From a virus, in IMG/VR virus record IMGVR_UViG_3300028840_004790: a stretch of 47,121 nucleotides of DNA. The stretch is one strand, 5' to 3'. Under the pieces are notes generated by a model, which saw only the letters and a program-made list of their open reading frames with translations, ran no database searches and was not told the origin of the DNA. Shown piece by piece: positions 32,423 through 42,041 of the stretch (within the stretch, counting starts at the first letter, position 1; each line of letters starts with the position of its first letter). The translations under genes were made by a program, and so were the position numbers.

Positions 32423-34521
32423 GTCTTTCAAGACAGAATCCGCTCGATTTGAGCACGCTCGGGAACATGGGCGGTGAGTCCATTTTGATCCAGGTCAAGG
32501 ACCTGGACCGGCGCATCAAGCAGGCCGCCTCGGCCCGACACACCTGGATGCATAAGCAGGAGAAGCTGTTCCGTCAAAGACTCGGGATCCGGCGCAAGAA
32601 AGTGTTCCCCTGGCCAGGGGCCAACAACCACAACTGGCCCCTGGTCGATAAAGTGATCCGCCGGTGGAAACCGTCCATGGCCGCGCTCATTACCCAGTCC
32701 GATCCGGTGGCCCACTTTTTCCCACTCAACACCGCGGGGGTCCGGGCCAAGGACGACGTCGAGGCGTACTATCACTACAAGTTCAATTCGATCGAGAACG
32801 TCGAGGACACCGTTATGGAGCTCCTCGAGTACGTGGCCCAGCACGGCAAGGGCTATACGATCCAGGGCTGGAACTATCAGACCGAGCGCCAATGCCGGAT
32901 CATTTTCGCTCGGTCCCTGTTCCCGCAAGGTGTCGAGGCCGCGGTGGAGCAGTTTAACGCCCGGGTTGAGCAGGCCCGCACTGAAGCCCAGCAGGCCATT
33001 GACGCGGGACAGGCGCCCGCGAACGCGTTGGACCAGATCCCGGCACCGACAACCCCCGAACAATTCGTCATGGACACGCTCCAGGACGAATATAACCTTC
33101 GACAAGACAACCCTTTAGAGTACGACCAGATCGTCCAAGTCACCGAGAAGATCCTGGCCGGGGCCGAGAAAGTCAAGATCTACTACCGGATCGTGCGGCA
33201 CGACAAGCTGTCCTGGGTTGCTGTCAGCCCCCTGGACGCGATCGAGCCGCCCCGGAATCAGAAAGTGGACGACGCCGAGTACATTGCCTTCCGTCACCGG
33301 TTCAGCGCCGATGACCTGATGAAAATGGCCGTCGACGGGCACTTCATCCCACAAGCGGTCGCCGGCGTGGTAGAGAAGATGAAGTCCCGGGCCATGAGCG
33401 ACCCGGAACGGAACAACAACTTCGAGGGCCTGAGCGTTGGGAATCGGCTCAATATCACCACGGTCCTGGACCGATCGGACGGAATCGATAACGGTCGGGT
33501 CGAGGAGCCGAACCAGGACGACTTTCTCGAAGTGTACTGTAAGATCGATATCAACGGGGACGGTATCAAGGAACGGTGCCGGCTCTGGTACCATCCCGAT
33601 CTCCGCACCGAGCCGAGAGAGGGCTCCGATACAGGACCGTTCGGGGGGACTATTCTGGCTCTGTATGCGTTGCCGTTCTCGTTTTCCGAGTGGCCGGTGG
33701 TACGCCACGAGTTCGAGCACCGATCGAACCGCCCCTATGGTTCCCGCGGAATTGCAGAGCACCTTTCGGTCCACCAGGCGACAAAGAACAAGCTCCATAA
33801 TGCTCGGCTCGACGCCGGTCAGATCATGCTCTCACCGATGATGGCGATGCGCGTGACGGGCAACGAGATGAAGCGGAACATCAAGTACATGCCGGGCTCG
33901 ATCATCCCAGTTTCACAACCCGGCGATATCGCCCCGCTCACATTCGACACGTCCAATCTCTTGGCCTCGATCAACGAAGAAAACATCACGTCCCGAGACG
34001 CGGAGGAGTACATCGGGGTCTTCGACCCGGGTGTCCTGGCGGAAGGCACGGCCGAGCGCCGGACCGCCACCGAGGTCGACGCGATCATGCAGCAGACCCA
34101 GTCCATATTCGGCCAGGACGCGAGGCTGCTCCAGGCCAACATGAAAAAGGTCCACAAACAGCTGTGGCACCTCCTGCTTGATTTCGGCCCGGACGAGGAG
34201 TACTTCCGAGTGATCGGCGAAGACATGCCCCGGCTCATGAAGAAGCACGAGATTGCCCACGACTATGACATCGTCCCGGCGGGCACCCCGGCGAATACGT
34301 CCCGACAGCTGGCCATGGCCCGCGCCCGAGAGGCTCTGGGGGCGTTCCTGAACGACACATCGGGGCTGGTGAACAAACACGAACTCATCAAGTGGTACTT
34401 CAATACCCTTGACCGCAACATGGCCAAGCTCGTGGTGCGTACGCCGGAACAGGCCGCACTGATTCAACAAATGTTCCAGACTGTTGCCCAGTCCGGGCAG
34501 CAGCCTGCAAACCCTCCGTAG
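32419..34521 (+). CDS. Portal protein
   Basis: 700 aa; first large gene upstream of the scaffold/capsid pair; ATGA overlap with the upstream gene. Confidence 0.75.
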   Translation: MSLSRQNPLDLSTLGNMGGESILIQVKDLDRRIKQAASARHTWMHKQEKLFRQRLGIRRKKVFPWPGANNHNWPLVDKVIRRWKPSMAALITQSDPVAHFFPLNTAGVRAKDDVEAYYHYKFNSIENVEDTVMELLEYVAQHGKGYTIQGWNYQTERQCRIIFARSLFPQGVEAAVEQFNARVEQARTEAQQAIDAGQAPANALDQIPAPTTPEQFVMDTLQDEYNLRQDNPLEYDQIVQVTEKILAGAEKVKIYYRIVRHDKLSWVAVSPLDAIEPPRNQKVDDAEYIAFRHRFSADDLMKMAVDGHFIPQAVAGVVEKMKSRAMSDPERNNNFEGLSVGNRLNITTVLDRSDGIDNGRVEEPNQDDFLEVYCKIDINGDGIKERCRLWYHPDLRTEPREGSDTGPFGGTILALYALPFSFSEWPVVRHEFEHRSNRPYGSRGIAEHLSVHQATKNKLHNARLDAGQIMLSPMMAMRVTGNEMKRNIKYMPGSIIPVSQPGDIAPLTFDTSNLLASINEENITSRDAEEYIGVFDPGVLAEGTAERRTATEVDAIMQQTQSIFGQDARLLQANMKKVHKQLWHLLLDFGPDEEYFRVIGEDMPRLMKKHEIAHDYDIVPAGTPANTSRQLAMARAREALGAFLNDTSGLVNKHELIKWYFNTLDRNMAKLVVRTPEQAALIQQMFQTVAQSGQQPANPP

Positions 34522-34529
34522 GAGAAGAA

Positions 34530-34811
34530 ATGGCAAACATCAACAGTGTTGTTACCTGGGATGCCGTGGGCGGCGCCATCAACTATGAAGTCGAGCTCTC
34601 GGACACCAGCGGGAATGTTCTGGCTGTGAAAACAGTGGCCGGGACCTCGATCCCAATCGGCAGTGTGATCGACGGCGCGGCTGTGGTGGTCGGGTCGGTC
34701 TATAAGGTCCGGGTCCGGGCCATCGGCCCCCTCGGCCCCGGCGTCTGGTCCATCAAGGTTCAGTTCACACTCGAGGGCCTGTCGGCCCCGATCAACGTGG
34801 AGATCGTGTAA
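34530..34811 (+). CDS. FN3/Ig-like domain protein (decoration candidate)
   Basis: 'VTWDAVGGAINYEVEL...YKVRVRAIG' FN3-like pattern; GGAGAAG RBS. Confidence 0.55.
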   Translation: MANINSVVTWDAVGGAINYEVELSDTSGNVLAVKTVAGTSIPIGSVIDGAAVVVGSVYKVRVRAIGPLGPGVWSIKVQFTLEGLSAPINVEIV

Positions 34812-34814
34812 CCA

Positions 34815-35177
34815 ATGATGCGCTACCGCCGCCTGCCCCTCGAGGATGAGCTCGAACGGGTAGAACAAGAAGACAAAGAAGCGTTCTTTAAAGCTCGATC
34901 CGCCTACTTGGTAGAAACGCTCAAAACTCGCGGATTCCAGCTCATTACTGGTCTCCTGCGGAATCAAGAGAAGTTCGCCCTGGACATGCTTCGTGTCCGT
35001 CGAGATGACCCGCAGTACTTCCTCGGCTGGCTTCACTGTATTAGCGAAATCCGTCGTCTGATTACTTCGCAACTACCCGAGAGTGCTCAGACGACTCTCG
35101 ATTGGTCCAATGAAGAAGAGGAAGCGTTCCTCATTATGGACGAGTCGCAACCATCGGGTGAAGGGGAAGAAGAATAA
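34815..35177 (+). CDS. Hypothetical acidic protein (120 aa)
   Basis: ORF between the portal and the scaffold. Confidence 0.6.
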   Translation: MMRYRRLPLEDELERVEQEDKEAFFKARSAYLVETLKTRGFQLITGLLRNQEKFALDMLRVRRDDPQYFLGWLHCISEIRRLITSQLPESAQTTLDWSNEEEEAFLIMDESQPSGEGEEE

Positions 35178-36079
35178 TGCCGGACGACGTACTTCCAGAC
35201 GCATTGCCCATACCGGAAGAGACCGTTCTTGAAAAGGGAGCGGACATTACAGGAGTGAAATTACCCAGCCTATCGGACCCGGAAGAGGTCCCGGCGTCGC
35301 CTGTGAAGGAAGGCGCTGTGGCCCCGGAAGTGGACGCCGATGCTGGTGTCATCCAACCGAAACCAAAACGGGATTTTCAGTCCCGGATCAACAGCCTGAC
35401 TCGCAAGCGTAGGGAGGCAGAGGAACAGAACTCGGTTCTGTCCCAGCAGCTCAACTTTGTGACTCAGCAGCTGGAAGACCTGCGCCGGCAGGCACGTCAG
35501 CCAGTGGTTCAGCAGCCGCCTCTTGCGCCTGCTGGTACGCCTATAGACGCTTTCGGCGGTGGCGAGGGTCAGCCCCCCGCGCCCCCGGCCGCGCCATCGG
35601 CTGAGGAAATTGCGGCTATTGTGTTACAACAGCTCAACGGCTATGCACAGCAGCAGCAGCAGGCGCAGCAAAAGGCCGACACGCTCCGACTCCAGCAGGA
35701 AGAGTCTTTCGGGGAAGCCCTGGAAGATATTCCGGACCTGGCAGACGGACGCACCCAGGCCGGAAAGCTGTTCAACCAGCTGTGGGCCCAATCGCCCCTG
35801 CGGAATGACCCGAACGGGCCGTTCCACGTTGCCATGACTGTCAGAGGCCTGTTGGCTGACGGCGCTGGAAATGGCCAACCGTCTCGAGCAACGGAAACGC
35901 AGAAACTCCAGGCCGCGACCTTTGCTCCAAAACCTTCAACAACGGATGTCCCGGAGATCGGACGCCAGCAGCTTGAGCAGGCTTATGCCAAGGCTATGCA
36001 GGCCTACAGCCAGGGCGACAAGGCTGCTTATGCAGCTGCGCGGAAGATCAGAGGGGAGATCAACAAACTCAACAGGTAA
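35177..36079 (+). CDS. Scaffolding protein
   Basis: Immediately upstream of the capsid gene; Q/A/E-rich coiled-coil segments (YAQQQQQAQQKADTLRLQQEE); Pro/Ala linker. Confidence 0.7.
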   Translation: MPDDVLPDALPIPEETVLEKGADITGVKLPSLSDPEEVPASPVKEGAVAPEVDADAGVIQPKPKRDFQSRINSLTRKRREAEEQNSVLSQQLNFVTQQLEDLRRQARQPVVQQPPLAPAGTPIDAFGGGEGQPPAPPAAPSAEEIAAIVLQQLNGYAQQQQQAQQKADTLRLQQEESFGEALEDIPDLADGRTQAGKLFNQLWAQSPLRNDPNGPFHVAMTVRGLLADGAGNGQPSRATETQKLQAATFAPKPSTTDVPEIGRQQLEQAYAKAMQAYSQGDKAAYAAARKIRGEINKLNR

Positions 36080-36082
36080 CCT

Positions 36083-37018
36083 ATGGCTCTTTTGACTTGG
36101 CAGGAGTTTACTGCCGCGGCCCGCCCGCAGGGTGGGTCGATCCCTGAGGACCTGCGTGACTTCGTGGAGAATGTCAGCCCGGTCGACCGGCCGGCGCTTG
36201 GCCTTTTCCGGAAGTCCCGGGTCAACACAACCTTCATCGAGTGGATGGAGGATTCCCTTCCTTCCAGGGCGCACAACGCCTACATCGAAGGTGTCCAGGC
36301 GACCGACCAGGCGCAAACGACTCCTTCCCGTACGTTCACGCACGTCCAGCAGTTCGCTCGCTGGGGGTACGTGTCCGACACCCAGAGGTCGGTGGAGCAC
36401 AAGGGCTTCAACGATATGTACCTCTACCAGGAGCAGAAGGCTGTCGAATCGACACTGAATGACATCGAGCACGCCCTCCACCGCGGATCGGCGGCCACCG
36501 GTGCCACCAGTGCAGCCCGGCAGTTCGGCGGGCTCCTGAACGTCCTCTCCACGAACTTCACGGACAGTTCCGGAACGACCCTCACCGAGGAAGTCTTCGG
36601 CGATCTGATCCAGCTGTACGTGGACAACAACGTTGACATCCGGCCCAACACGGCGTTTGTCAACGCTCTCATCAAGCGGACGATTTCGCTCTACTCCACG
36701 AAGCTGCGCTACAACATCCCCGCGATGGCGAAGACGCAGATGCTTGTGGTCGACAAGTACGAGAGCGACTTCGGCAACGTCGACATCTACTTCAGCCGCG
36801 ACCAGCTGAAAAGTGCCTCGAAGACGACCTACGGAAACTCCGTGGTCCTGCTCGACCCGAGCTACTTCGAGGTTGGGTTCCTCACCCCGCTGAGAACCGA
36901 GACGCTCGCCAGGGACGGTCTCCGGACCAGGTTCCAGGTCAGCGCCGAGGCGACCATGATCTACCGGACCGAGAAGGCCGGTGGAGGCGGGACGGGGTTC
37001 GTGCCCTACATCGCTTAA
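36083..37018 (+). CDS. Major capsid protein (HK97-fold type, SU10/DUF5309-like by recall)
   Basis: 311 aa after the scaffold; 'TTFIEWMEDSL' N-terminal motif; very high third-position GC; followed by a strong terminator. Confidence 0.8.
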   Translation: MALLTWQEFTAAARPQGGSIPEDLRDFVENVSPVDRPALGLFRKSRVNTTFIEWMEDSLPSRAHNAYIEGVQATDQAQTTPSRTFTHVQQFARWGYVSDTQRSVEHKGFNDMYLYQEQKAVESTLNDIEHALHRGSAATGATSAARQFGGLLNVLSTNFTDSSGTTLTEEVFGDLIQLYVDNNVDIRPNTAFVNALIKRTISLYSTKLRYNIPAMAKTQMLVVDKYESDFGNVDIYFSRDQLKSASKTTYGNSVVLLDPSYFEVGFLTPLRTETLARDGLRTRFQVSAEATMIYRTEKAGGGGTGFVPYIA

Positions 37019-37048
37019 CCCTTTGCTTGGGCCGGCCGTATGCTGACG

Positions 37049-37076
37049 GGCCTTCAGGCCGGTCCAGGCCTTTTTT
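37049..37076 (+). terminator. Intrinsic terminator after the capsid gene
   Basis: GGCCT...AGGCC stem with inner GG/CC pairs, followed by TTTTTT (37071-37076). Confidence 0.7.
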
Positions 37077-37085
37077 GTAAAGAAA

Positions 37086-37745
37086 ATGTCAAGCCGCAAG
37101 AAAGATTATCGTCAAGAGCTCGGCCGGTTCGACATCCACATGAAGACCGGCAAGGAACAGTTCCTCCAGGAGTTAGGAACTTGGTGGCACAAAATGTACC
37201 CCGCCAAGGCCGACTTCTTTCGGACCTGCCTGAAACGTATGAAAGAGGTCACGGTCGAACACGGCCGGGTGGACCTCGGCAAGGGCCGGGAAATGTATCT
37301 CCGGTACCGGGTACCGACAGAGCTCATGATGTTCATCCAACGTTGGATCCCAGACTTCGGCCGTGACGACAAGGATCTGGATCTGTTGGCTCGGGTTTGG
37401 TGCGACCTGATCCATCCAACCAAGGACTACCGCCGCCGCACCAGGCTGTACGTTACAGGAGACATTCGCCGTGTCGCGCAAAACAAAGGCAAAAAGAAAG
37501 GCTCGAAGAAAAGCCAATCGCGGACCGACTCAGAAGAAGGAGCGGACCACCGCACCCGTCAGGACAATTCGGATCGGCCCTTCAACTCAGATCGGGCAGT
37601 CTTCAATCCCGGTCTCAGTAACGATCATCGCCAAGAATGCCGAGACGACGCTTCCGGAGACGATCAAGAGCCTGAAAGCGAACTTTTTGCACGCCTGCGA
37701 CGAGCTTTTAGTTCTCGACACAGGAAGCACGGACAAGACAGCTAA
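37086..37745 (+). CDS. Hypothetical protein; coding character for ~130 codons, then the frame runs on over the GT gene
   Basis: MSSRKKDYRQELGRFDIHMKTGKEQFLQELGTWWHKMYP... is coherent; after ~37500 third-position GC favours the GT frame. Confidence 0.5.
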   Translation: MSSRKKDYRQELGRFDIHMKTGKEQFLQELGTWWHKMYPAKADFFRTCLKRMKEVTVEHGRVDLGKGREMYLRYRVPTELMMFIQRWIPDFGRDDKDLDLLARVWCDLIHPTKDYRRRTRLYVTGDIRRVAQNKGKKKGSKKSQSRTDSEEGADHRTRQDNSDRPFNSDRAVFNPGLSNDHRQECRDDASGDDQEPESELFARLRRAFSSRHRKHGQDS

Positions 37746-40050
37746 AGTTGCCAGGAAGCTCGGGGCCACGGTCCTGGAGCGTCCGGATCTGTCCCACGAT
37801 TTCAAACCCTACGTCGAGAAGTGGCTCCCCGATTGGGTTGAGCACTACGGGAAAACGAAGCTGACCGAAGGCTGTGTCCTGGACTTTGCGGAAGCGCGGC
37901 AGATCCTAATGGACGCCGCCAAACACGACATCCAGTTCTGGATCGATGCCGATGACATTTTCATCGAGGAACATCCTGGCACTTTCCGGGCCATGATCAA
38001 CCGTGACGTGGGCCGGTATGATGCCATTTTCCTCCCGTACCAATACAGCTTTGACAAGCATGATGGGTCGCTTTCCTCGATCCTGAAGCGGGAACGGGTC
38101 ATCGACCGGCGCGTGTACCGCTGGGTGGGCCGGTGTCATGAAACGGCCATCCCCCGGGAGGGCGCCCAAATGAAAGGCGCCGCCTTCTACCAGGACCTGA
38201 AGGCCGGGATCAAGCACCTCAGGGACCATTCCGAGGACCGGGCGTCCGACATCCGGAACTATGTCATCATCCGCCGAGAGCTCGAGGAGGCCGGAAACAA
38301 CCCAGATCCGCGCTCGATCTTCTACCTCGGCAATGCGTGCCGGGGCCTGGACCTGGATGGCGACGCGATCAACTACTACAAGGAGCTGATCAAACTGTCC
38401 GGGAGCCGGGACGACCGGTTCGCGGCGGCCCTGTACATTGCCATCATCTACCAGACCGAGAAGACGAAGCGACACCTGGACGCGATCGATTGGCTTCAGA
38501 AATGTCAGGTCATCAAACCGGAAGATCCCCGTGCCTACTTCGAGATGGCACGGGCGTACTACCACTTAGGCCGGTTTCAGGAGGCGATCCACTGGTTCAA
38601 TGTTGGGAAAATGCTACCGGAGCCGTCCGGTAGCCTGCACAACTACAACCCGCTCCAGATCCATTTCTTACCGTACCAGATCGCTGCGCTGGCATACAAG
38701 GAACTGAACCAGCCCGAACTCGCCCTCCAGATGATCAATTACCTGAAGGAACGGTATCCGAACCATCCCGACACCGCCAACATCGAACAGGTGATCAATT
38801 CCTGGGTGGCCGAGACGGATCTCATCAAGTCCGTTCAGCGTGTTGTCGTGAACGCCCGGCCCAAGGGCGGGGAGGAGGCGCAGCGGATCGGGCGAGCGAT
38901 CGTGTCTCACTTGGACGCGGTCCCAGACACGCTCGAGAAGCTGCACCTGGCCAAGACCGAGCCGACTGATGGCCGCGATGGTCCGAAGGTGACCATTTAC
39001 TGCGGCGACACCCCTACTGCCTGGGGTCCGAGGTCAGGCGAGATCGGGATCGGGGGCTCGGAAAAAATGGTTATCGAGATCGCAAAACGCTTACAGGCGC
39101 GAGACCTCTGCATTACCGTTTACGCCAACGTTCCCCGGAACCAGCGTGGAATTGATAGCAAGACCGGGGCTAACTGGCAGCACTTCGGCGCATTTGACAA
39201 GGCCGTGCCCCGGGATACGATCGTGTACTGGCGGGCCCCGGAAATGCTCGAGATGCCGTACAAGACCAAGAAACGGATCCTGTGGTGTCACGACGTCCAG
39301 TCGCCCCAGCGATGGACCAAGGCCCGGGTAGCCCTGGCCGACCAGGTATGGGTCCAGTCCGAGTACCATAAATCGACGCTCGGGCCGGTCCTGAATATGT
39401 TGGGCGACAAAGTGAAGGTGACCCGGAACGGGATCGACGCAGATCTGTTCAAGCGCTACTTCGGGATCCCCCGGAACCCCCGCAAGGTGGTATACGCCTC
39501 CTCACCGGACCGTGGTATCCTCTCCGCGATCCAGATCTTTCAGGCCGCCAACGTACCGGATAGTGAACTTCATCTGTTCTATGGCTTCAACAAGCTGTAC
39601 CTCACGAATGCCCAAAAGTACGAGTATTGTCACATACCGGATATAGCCCGGGAGGCAAACATGTACGAGTACATGCAGGCCGTCGCGGCGGCGTGCGACG
39701 CCGACGACCGGATCGTGTGGCACGGGAACGTCGGCTGGGAGGAGCTCGCCAAGGAGTTCTGCTCGGCTGGTGTGTGGCTGTATCCGACACGGTTCCCGGA
39801 GATCAGCTGCATGGCAGCCATGGAGGCACAGGCCGCGGGGCTGGTTGTACTCTGCTCCGATAAGGCCGCCCTTAAAGAGACATGCCGAGGTGCGATGGTT
39901 ATCGACCCTAATAACCCGTCGGACGCCGCGAATGTTCTGGCGAATGCCCTGGAAGGCACGCACACCCGAACTCCTATACACCTGGATGCGTGTGCACGAT
40001 TCAATTTTGAAGACCTCGCCGATCAGATGAAAACATTGATCACAACTTAG
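37471..40050 (+). CDS. Bifunctional glycosyltransferase: N-terminal GT2, central TPR, C-terminal GT4 (GT-B)
   Basis: 'VSVTIIAKNAETTLPETIKSLK...DELLVLDTGSTDKT', 'FWIDADD'; TPR-like 'AYFEMARAYYHLGRFQEAIHWF'; 'GGSEKMVIEIAKRL' and 'EISCMAAMEAQAAGLVVLCSD' (EX7E). Confidence 0.85.
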   Translation: MSRKTKAKRKARRKANRGPTQKKERTTAPVRTIRIGPSTQIGQSSIPVSVTIIAKNAETTLPETIKSLKANFLHACDELLVLDTGSTDKTAKVARKLGATVLERPDLSHDFKPYVEKWLPDWVEHYGKTKLTEGCVLDFAEARQILMDAAKHDIQFWIDADDIFIEEHPGTFRAMINRDVGRYDAIFLPYQYSFDKHDGSLSSILKRERVIDRRVYRWVGRCHETAIPREGAQMKGAAFYQDLKAGIKHLRDHSEDRASDIRNYVIIRRELEEAGNNPDPRSIFYLGNACRGLDLDGDAINYYKELIKLSGSRDDRFAAALYIAIIYQTEKTKRHLDAIDWLQKCQVIKPEDPRAYFEMARAYYHLGRFQEAIHWFNVGKMLPEPSGSLHNYNPLQIHFLPYQIAALAYKELNQPELALQMINYLKERYPNHPDTANIEQVINSWVAETDLIKSVQRVVVNARPKGGEEAQRIGRAIVSHLDAVPDTLEKLHLAKTEPTDGRDGPKVTIYCGDTPTAWGPRSGEIGIGGSEKMVIEIAKRLQARDLCITVYANVPRNQRGIDSKTGANWQHFGAFDKAVPRDTIVYWRAPEMLEMPYKTKKRILWCHDVQSPQRWTKARVALADQVWVQSEYHKSTLGPVLNMLGDKVKVTRNGIDADLFKRYFGIPRNPRKVVYASSPDRGILSAIQIFQAANVPDSELHLFYGFNKLYLTNAQKYEYCHIPDIAREANMYEYMQAVAAACDADDRIVWHGNVGWEELAKEFCSAGVWLYPTRFPEISCMAAMEAQAAGLVVLCSDKAALKETCRGAMVIDPNNPSDAANVLANALEGTHTRTPIHLDACARFNFEDLADQMKTLITT

Positions 40051-40057
40051 ACCCTAT

Positions 40058-40107
40058 GACGGACGAGGGCAGTGGGTAGCGGCGGCCCCTGCCCCGCCCG
40101 TCTTTTT
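40058..40107 (+). terminator. Intrinsic terminator after the glycosyltransferase gene
   Basis: Imperfect ~14-bp stem GACGGaCGaGGGCAG...CTGCCCcGcCCGTC (perfect GGGCAG/CTGCCC core) followed by TTTTT. Confidence 0.7.
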
Positions 40108-40801
40108 GGATAAACTAATGGAAAACAGAGACATTCACGCACACATCTGGGACGCCACGGCACAGAAGTGGATCCCGGATACGGGAAGCGGCGGTGGCGG
40201 TGGCGGTACGGCGAGTCTGACCAAGGCCGTGCTTTCAGATGTGCAGGAAGTCACGACGGTTTCAGGTGGATTGGTACTTGCCAGCGATGAACTGGACGTG
40301 ACCAATTACAAAGATGTCCTGCTTTCGATCCTACACGCACCATTGAATACCGCTACCCCGACATTCGGAACTGAGTACCGAATTGAGGTAAACAGCACGG
40401 AGTCAGCTAACGCTTGGCGTACCCTCCATTCTTTCCGCACCTTTGTTGCCGCGGCTGCCACGGCTATCACACAGGCCGAGAATCCGGCGCAGACCCTGAT
40501 CGAGTTTAATCCGACGCCGTCTTACACCACAACCGATATTGTGGCCTTTCAGAACATTATTGACATTACCAAAAGTGAGTGGCATCGGCTCGCAGACATT
40601 GACGCCAATGTGCATCTCGAGTTGGTGGACGGGCTCCAAAACACCCAGGAGAGCTCGTCGGTGTACAACAAATGTGAGGAGTTCGTATCGCACATCGACT
40701 GCTCCGCTATTAAACGACTCCGTGCGGTGTGTCATAATAATATTGGATCCAGTGGCCTGGTCATGTGGAAAGCCGAGGCATTAGCGAGCTATGAGGGTTG
40801 A
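40106..40801 (+). CDS. Hypothetical virion-module protein (231 aa; alternative ATG 40118)
   Basis: ORF with a poly-Gly linker (GSGGGGGGT); lower GC than its flanks. Confidence 0.6.
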   Translation: MDKLMENRDIHAHIWDATAQKWIPDTGSGGGGGGTASLTKAVLSDVQEVTTVSGGLVLASDELDVTNYKDVLLSILHAPLNTATPTFGTEYRIEVNSTESANAWRTLHSFRTFVAAAATAITQAENPAQTLIEFNPTPSYTTTDIVAFQNIIDITKSEWHRLADIDANVHLELVDGLQNTQESSSVYNKCEEFVSHIDCSAIKRLRAVCHNNIGSSGLVMWKAEALASYEG

Positions 40802-41507
40802 TAGGCCTCCGGAAGGGCGCCGCGTTGATTTCACACACCCACTAGCGCGGGGACTCCAAGTGTGTACGATCTGTAGGAGTGATAATTATGCGTACGACAT
40901 TACCGGGGGCGGGCTCCAGATGGCAAAGATGGACGCCGGGGGTGTAAAGCTGAAAGAAACAATCCGTGAAGGCCCGGCCATGAGTGGGTACAATACGATC
41001 TGGCGGAATGAGTCGAGCTTTAAGGAATCGGGGCCGGCCTACAAAGACGCAACCGTTTTGATGTTGTTCAAGCCGACCTTAGATGGATCCACACGCTATT
41101 ACTTGCAAGCCTACAGTCAGGATTATCAGGGGAGCACCCGTGCGAGCCTGCAAATTCTGTCAGCCGCTACGCCGGATGTTCGCGTACGTATGTGGCCCGG
41201 TTACGGGAGCTGCCCCACATTTACGAAAGTCGCCAATGGTGATACCATTTTAGTCGTCGGGGCCTTCCGCTATAAGGACCAGCAAATTGGGATGATGAAA
41301 AATCTCACAACCGGTGCCGTGGAAGAAAGTGTGGTGCGAAACACAGCCACGCCATTATCCGCCACGTACTCCTCACTCAAATTTACTGCTCCGGGCATAG
41401 AAATGGCGACCCGCTCACATATTTTGTACTTCTGTTTATGGGATCATTTTCTTGCGCCGAACCATTTACGAAAACTTTTGGAGGAGCCTTACTGCTTTAT
41501 TCAATAA
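40791..41507 (+). CDS. LamG/concanavalin-like jelly-roll domain protein
   Basis: 'VDFTHPLARGLQV...YDITGGG' N-terminal pattern and C-terminal 'LWDHFLAPNHLRKLLEEPY' resemble phage LamG-type proteins. Confidence 0.5.
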   Translation: MRVDRPPEGRRVDFTHPLARGLQVCTICRSDNYAYDITGGGLQMAKMDAGGVKLKETIREGPAMSGYNTIWRNESSFKESGPAYKDATVLMLFKPTLDGSTRYYLQAYSQDYQGSTRASLQILSAATPDVRVRMWPGYGSCPTFTKVANGDTILVVGAFRYKDQQIGMMKNLTTGAVEESVVRNTATPLSATYSSLKFTAPGIEMATRSHILYFCLWDHFLAPNHLRKLLEEPYCFIQ

Positions 41508-41689
41508 TGTTAGACAAAGGAACCCAAATCTACATCGTGCGGGAAACTGGCCAGCCAGATCGGGTCTTCAACACCAAAGACGAGGCCTTACGCGCCTACG
41601 CCGAGCCGCTCATTGGTGCCGAAAAGGTGGGCATCTTGGCAACAGTACAACGGGTAAAGGTGCAGGTGATCACGGAACAGGAGCAGTAA
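41507..41689 (+). CDS. Small protein, tandem paralog 1 (60 aa)
   Basis: MLDKGTQIYIVRETGQPDRVFNTKDEALRAY...VQRVKVQVITEQEQ; TAATG overlap. Confidence 0.55.
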   Translation: MLDKGTQIYIVRETGQPDRVFNTKDEALRAYAEPLIGAEKVGILATVQRVKVQVITEQEQ

Positions 41690-41883
41690 TGGCGCTCATA
41701 CCAGATAAAAATGAAGTCTTCTATGTCGTTCGGGAAACAAACCAGGACGATCAAGAATTTACTCTCCAGTCCGCCGCCGAAGACGAATTCGACACCGCAA
41801 ATCTGGATCGGCACAAAATGTTGATACAGTGCACGGTGAAATTCAAACGAATCAAGGTCATTACGGACCAGGAGGTAACATGA
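41689..41883 (+). CDS. Small protein, tandem paralog 2 (64 aa)
   Basis: MALIPDKNEVFYVVRETNQDDQEFTLQSAAEDEF...KFKRIKVITDQEVT aligns with paralog 1. Confidence 0.55.
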   Translation: MALIPDKNEVFYVVRETNQDDQEFTLQSAAEDEFDTANLDRHKMLIQCTVKFKRIKVITDQEVT

Positions 41884-42041
41884 GCTGGCTAGGCAAAATC
41901 CTGCGTCGGAAACCTCCTCCGAACCGGTGTCCGCACGAGTGGGTTTCCTGGCGTGATCCGGCTCGTTGTCAATATGTACGAGCGTGTAAAATTTGTCAAA
42001 TACGGCAGTATTCGGCTATTTCCTTTGAAAGACTACAATGA
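41880..42041 (+). CDS. Small Cys-rich protein (53 aa)
   Basis: ATGA overlaps at both ends; 'CPHEW...CQYVRACKIC'. Confidence 0.5.
   Translation: MSWLGKILRRKPPPNRCPHEWVSWRDPARCQYVRACKICQIRQYSAISFERLQ

Noticed and set aside
35936-37099. 387-aa minus-strand ORF covering the capsid gene
   Set aside because: It is antisense to the best-supported gene in the window (scaffold-capsid-terminator context), and its translation is R/G/V/L-rich with no motifs.
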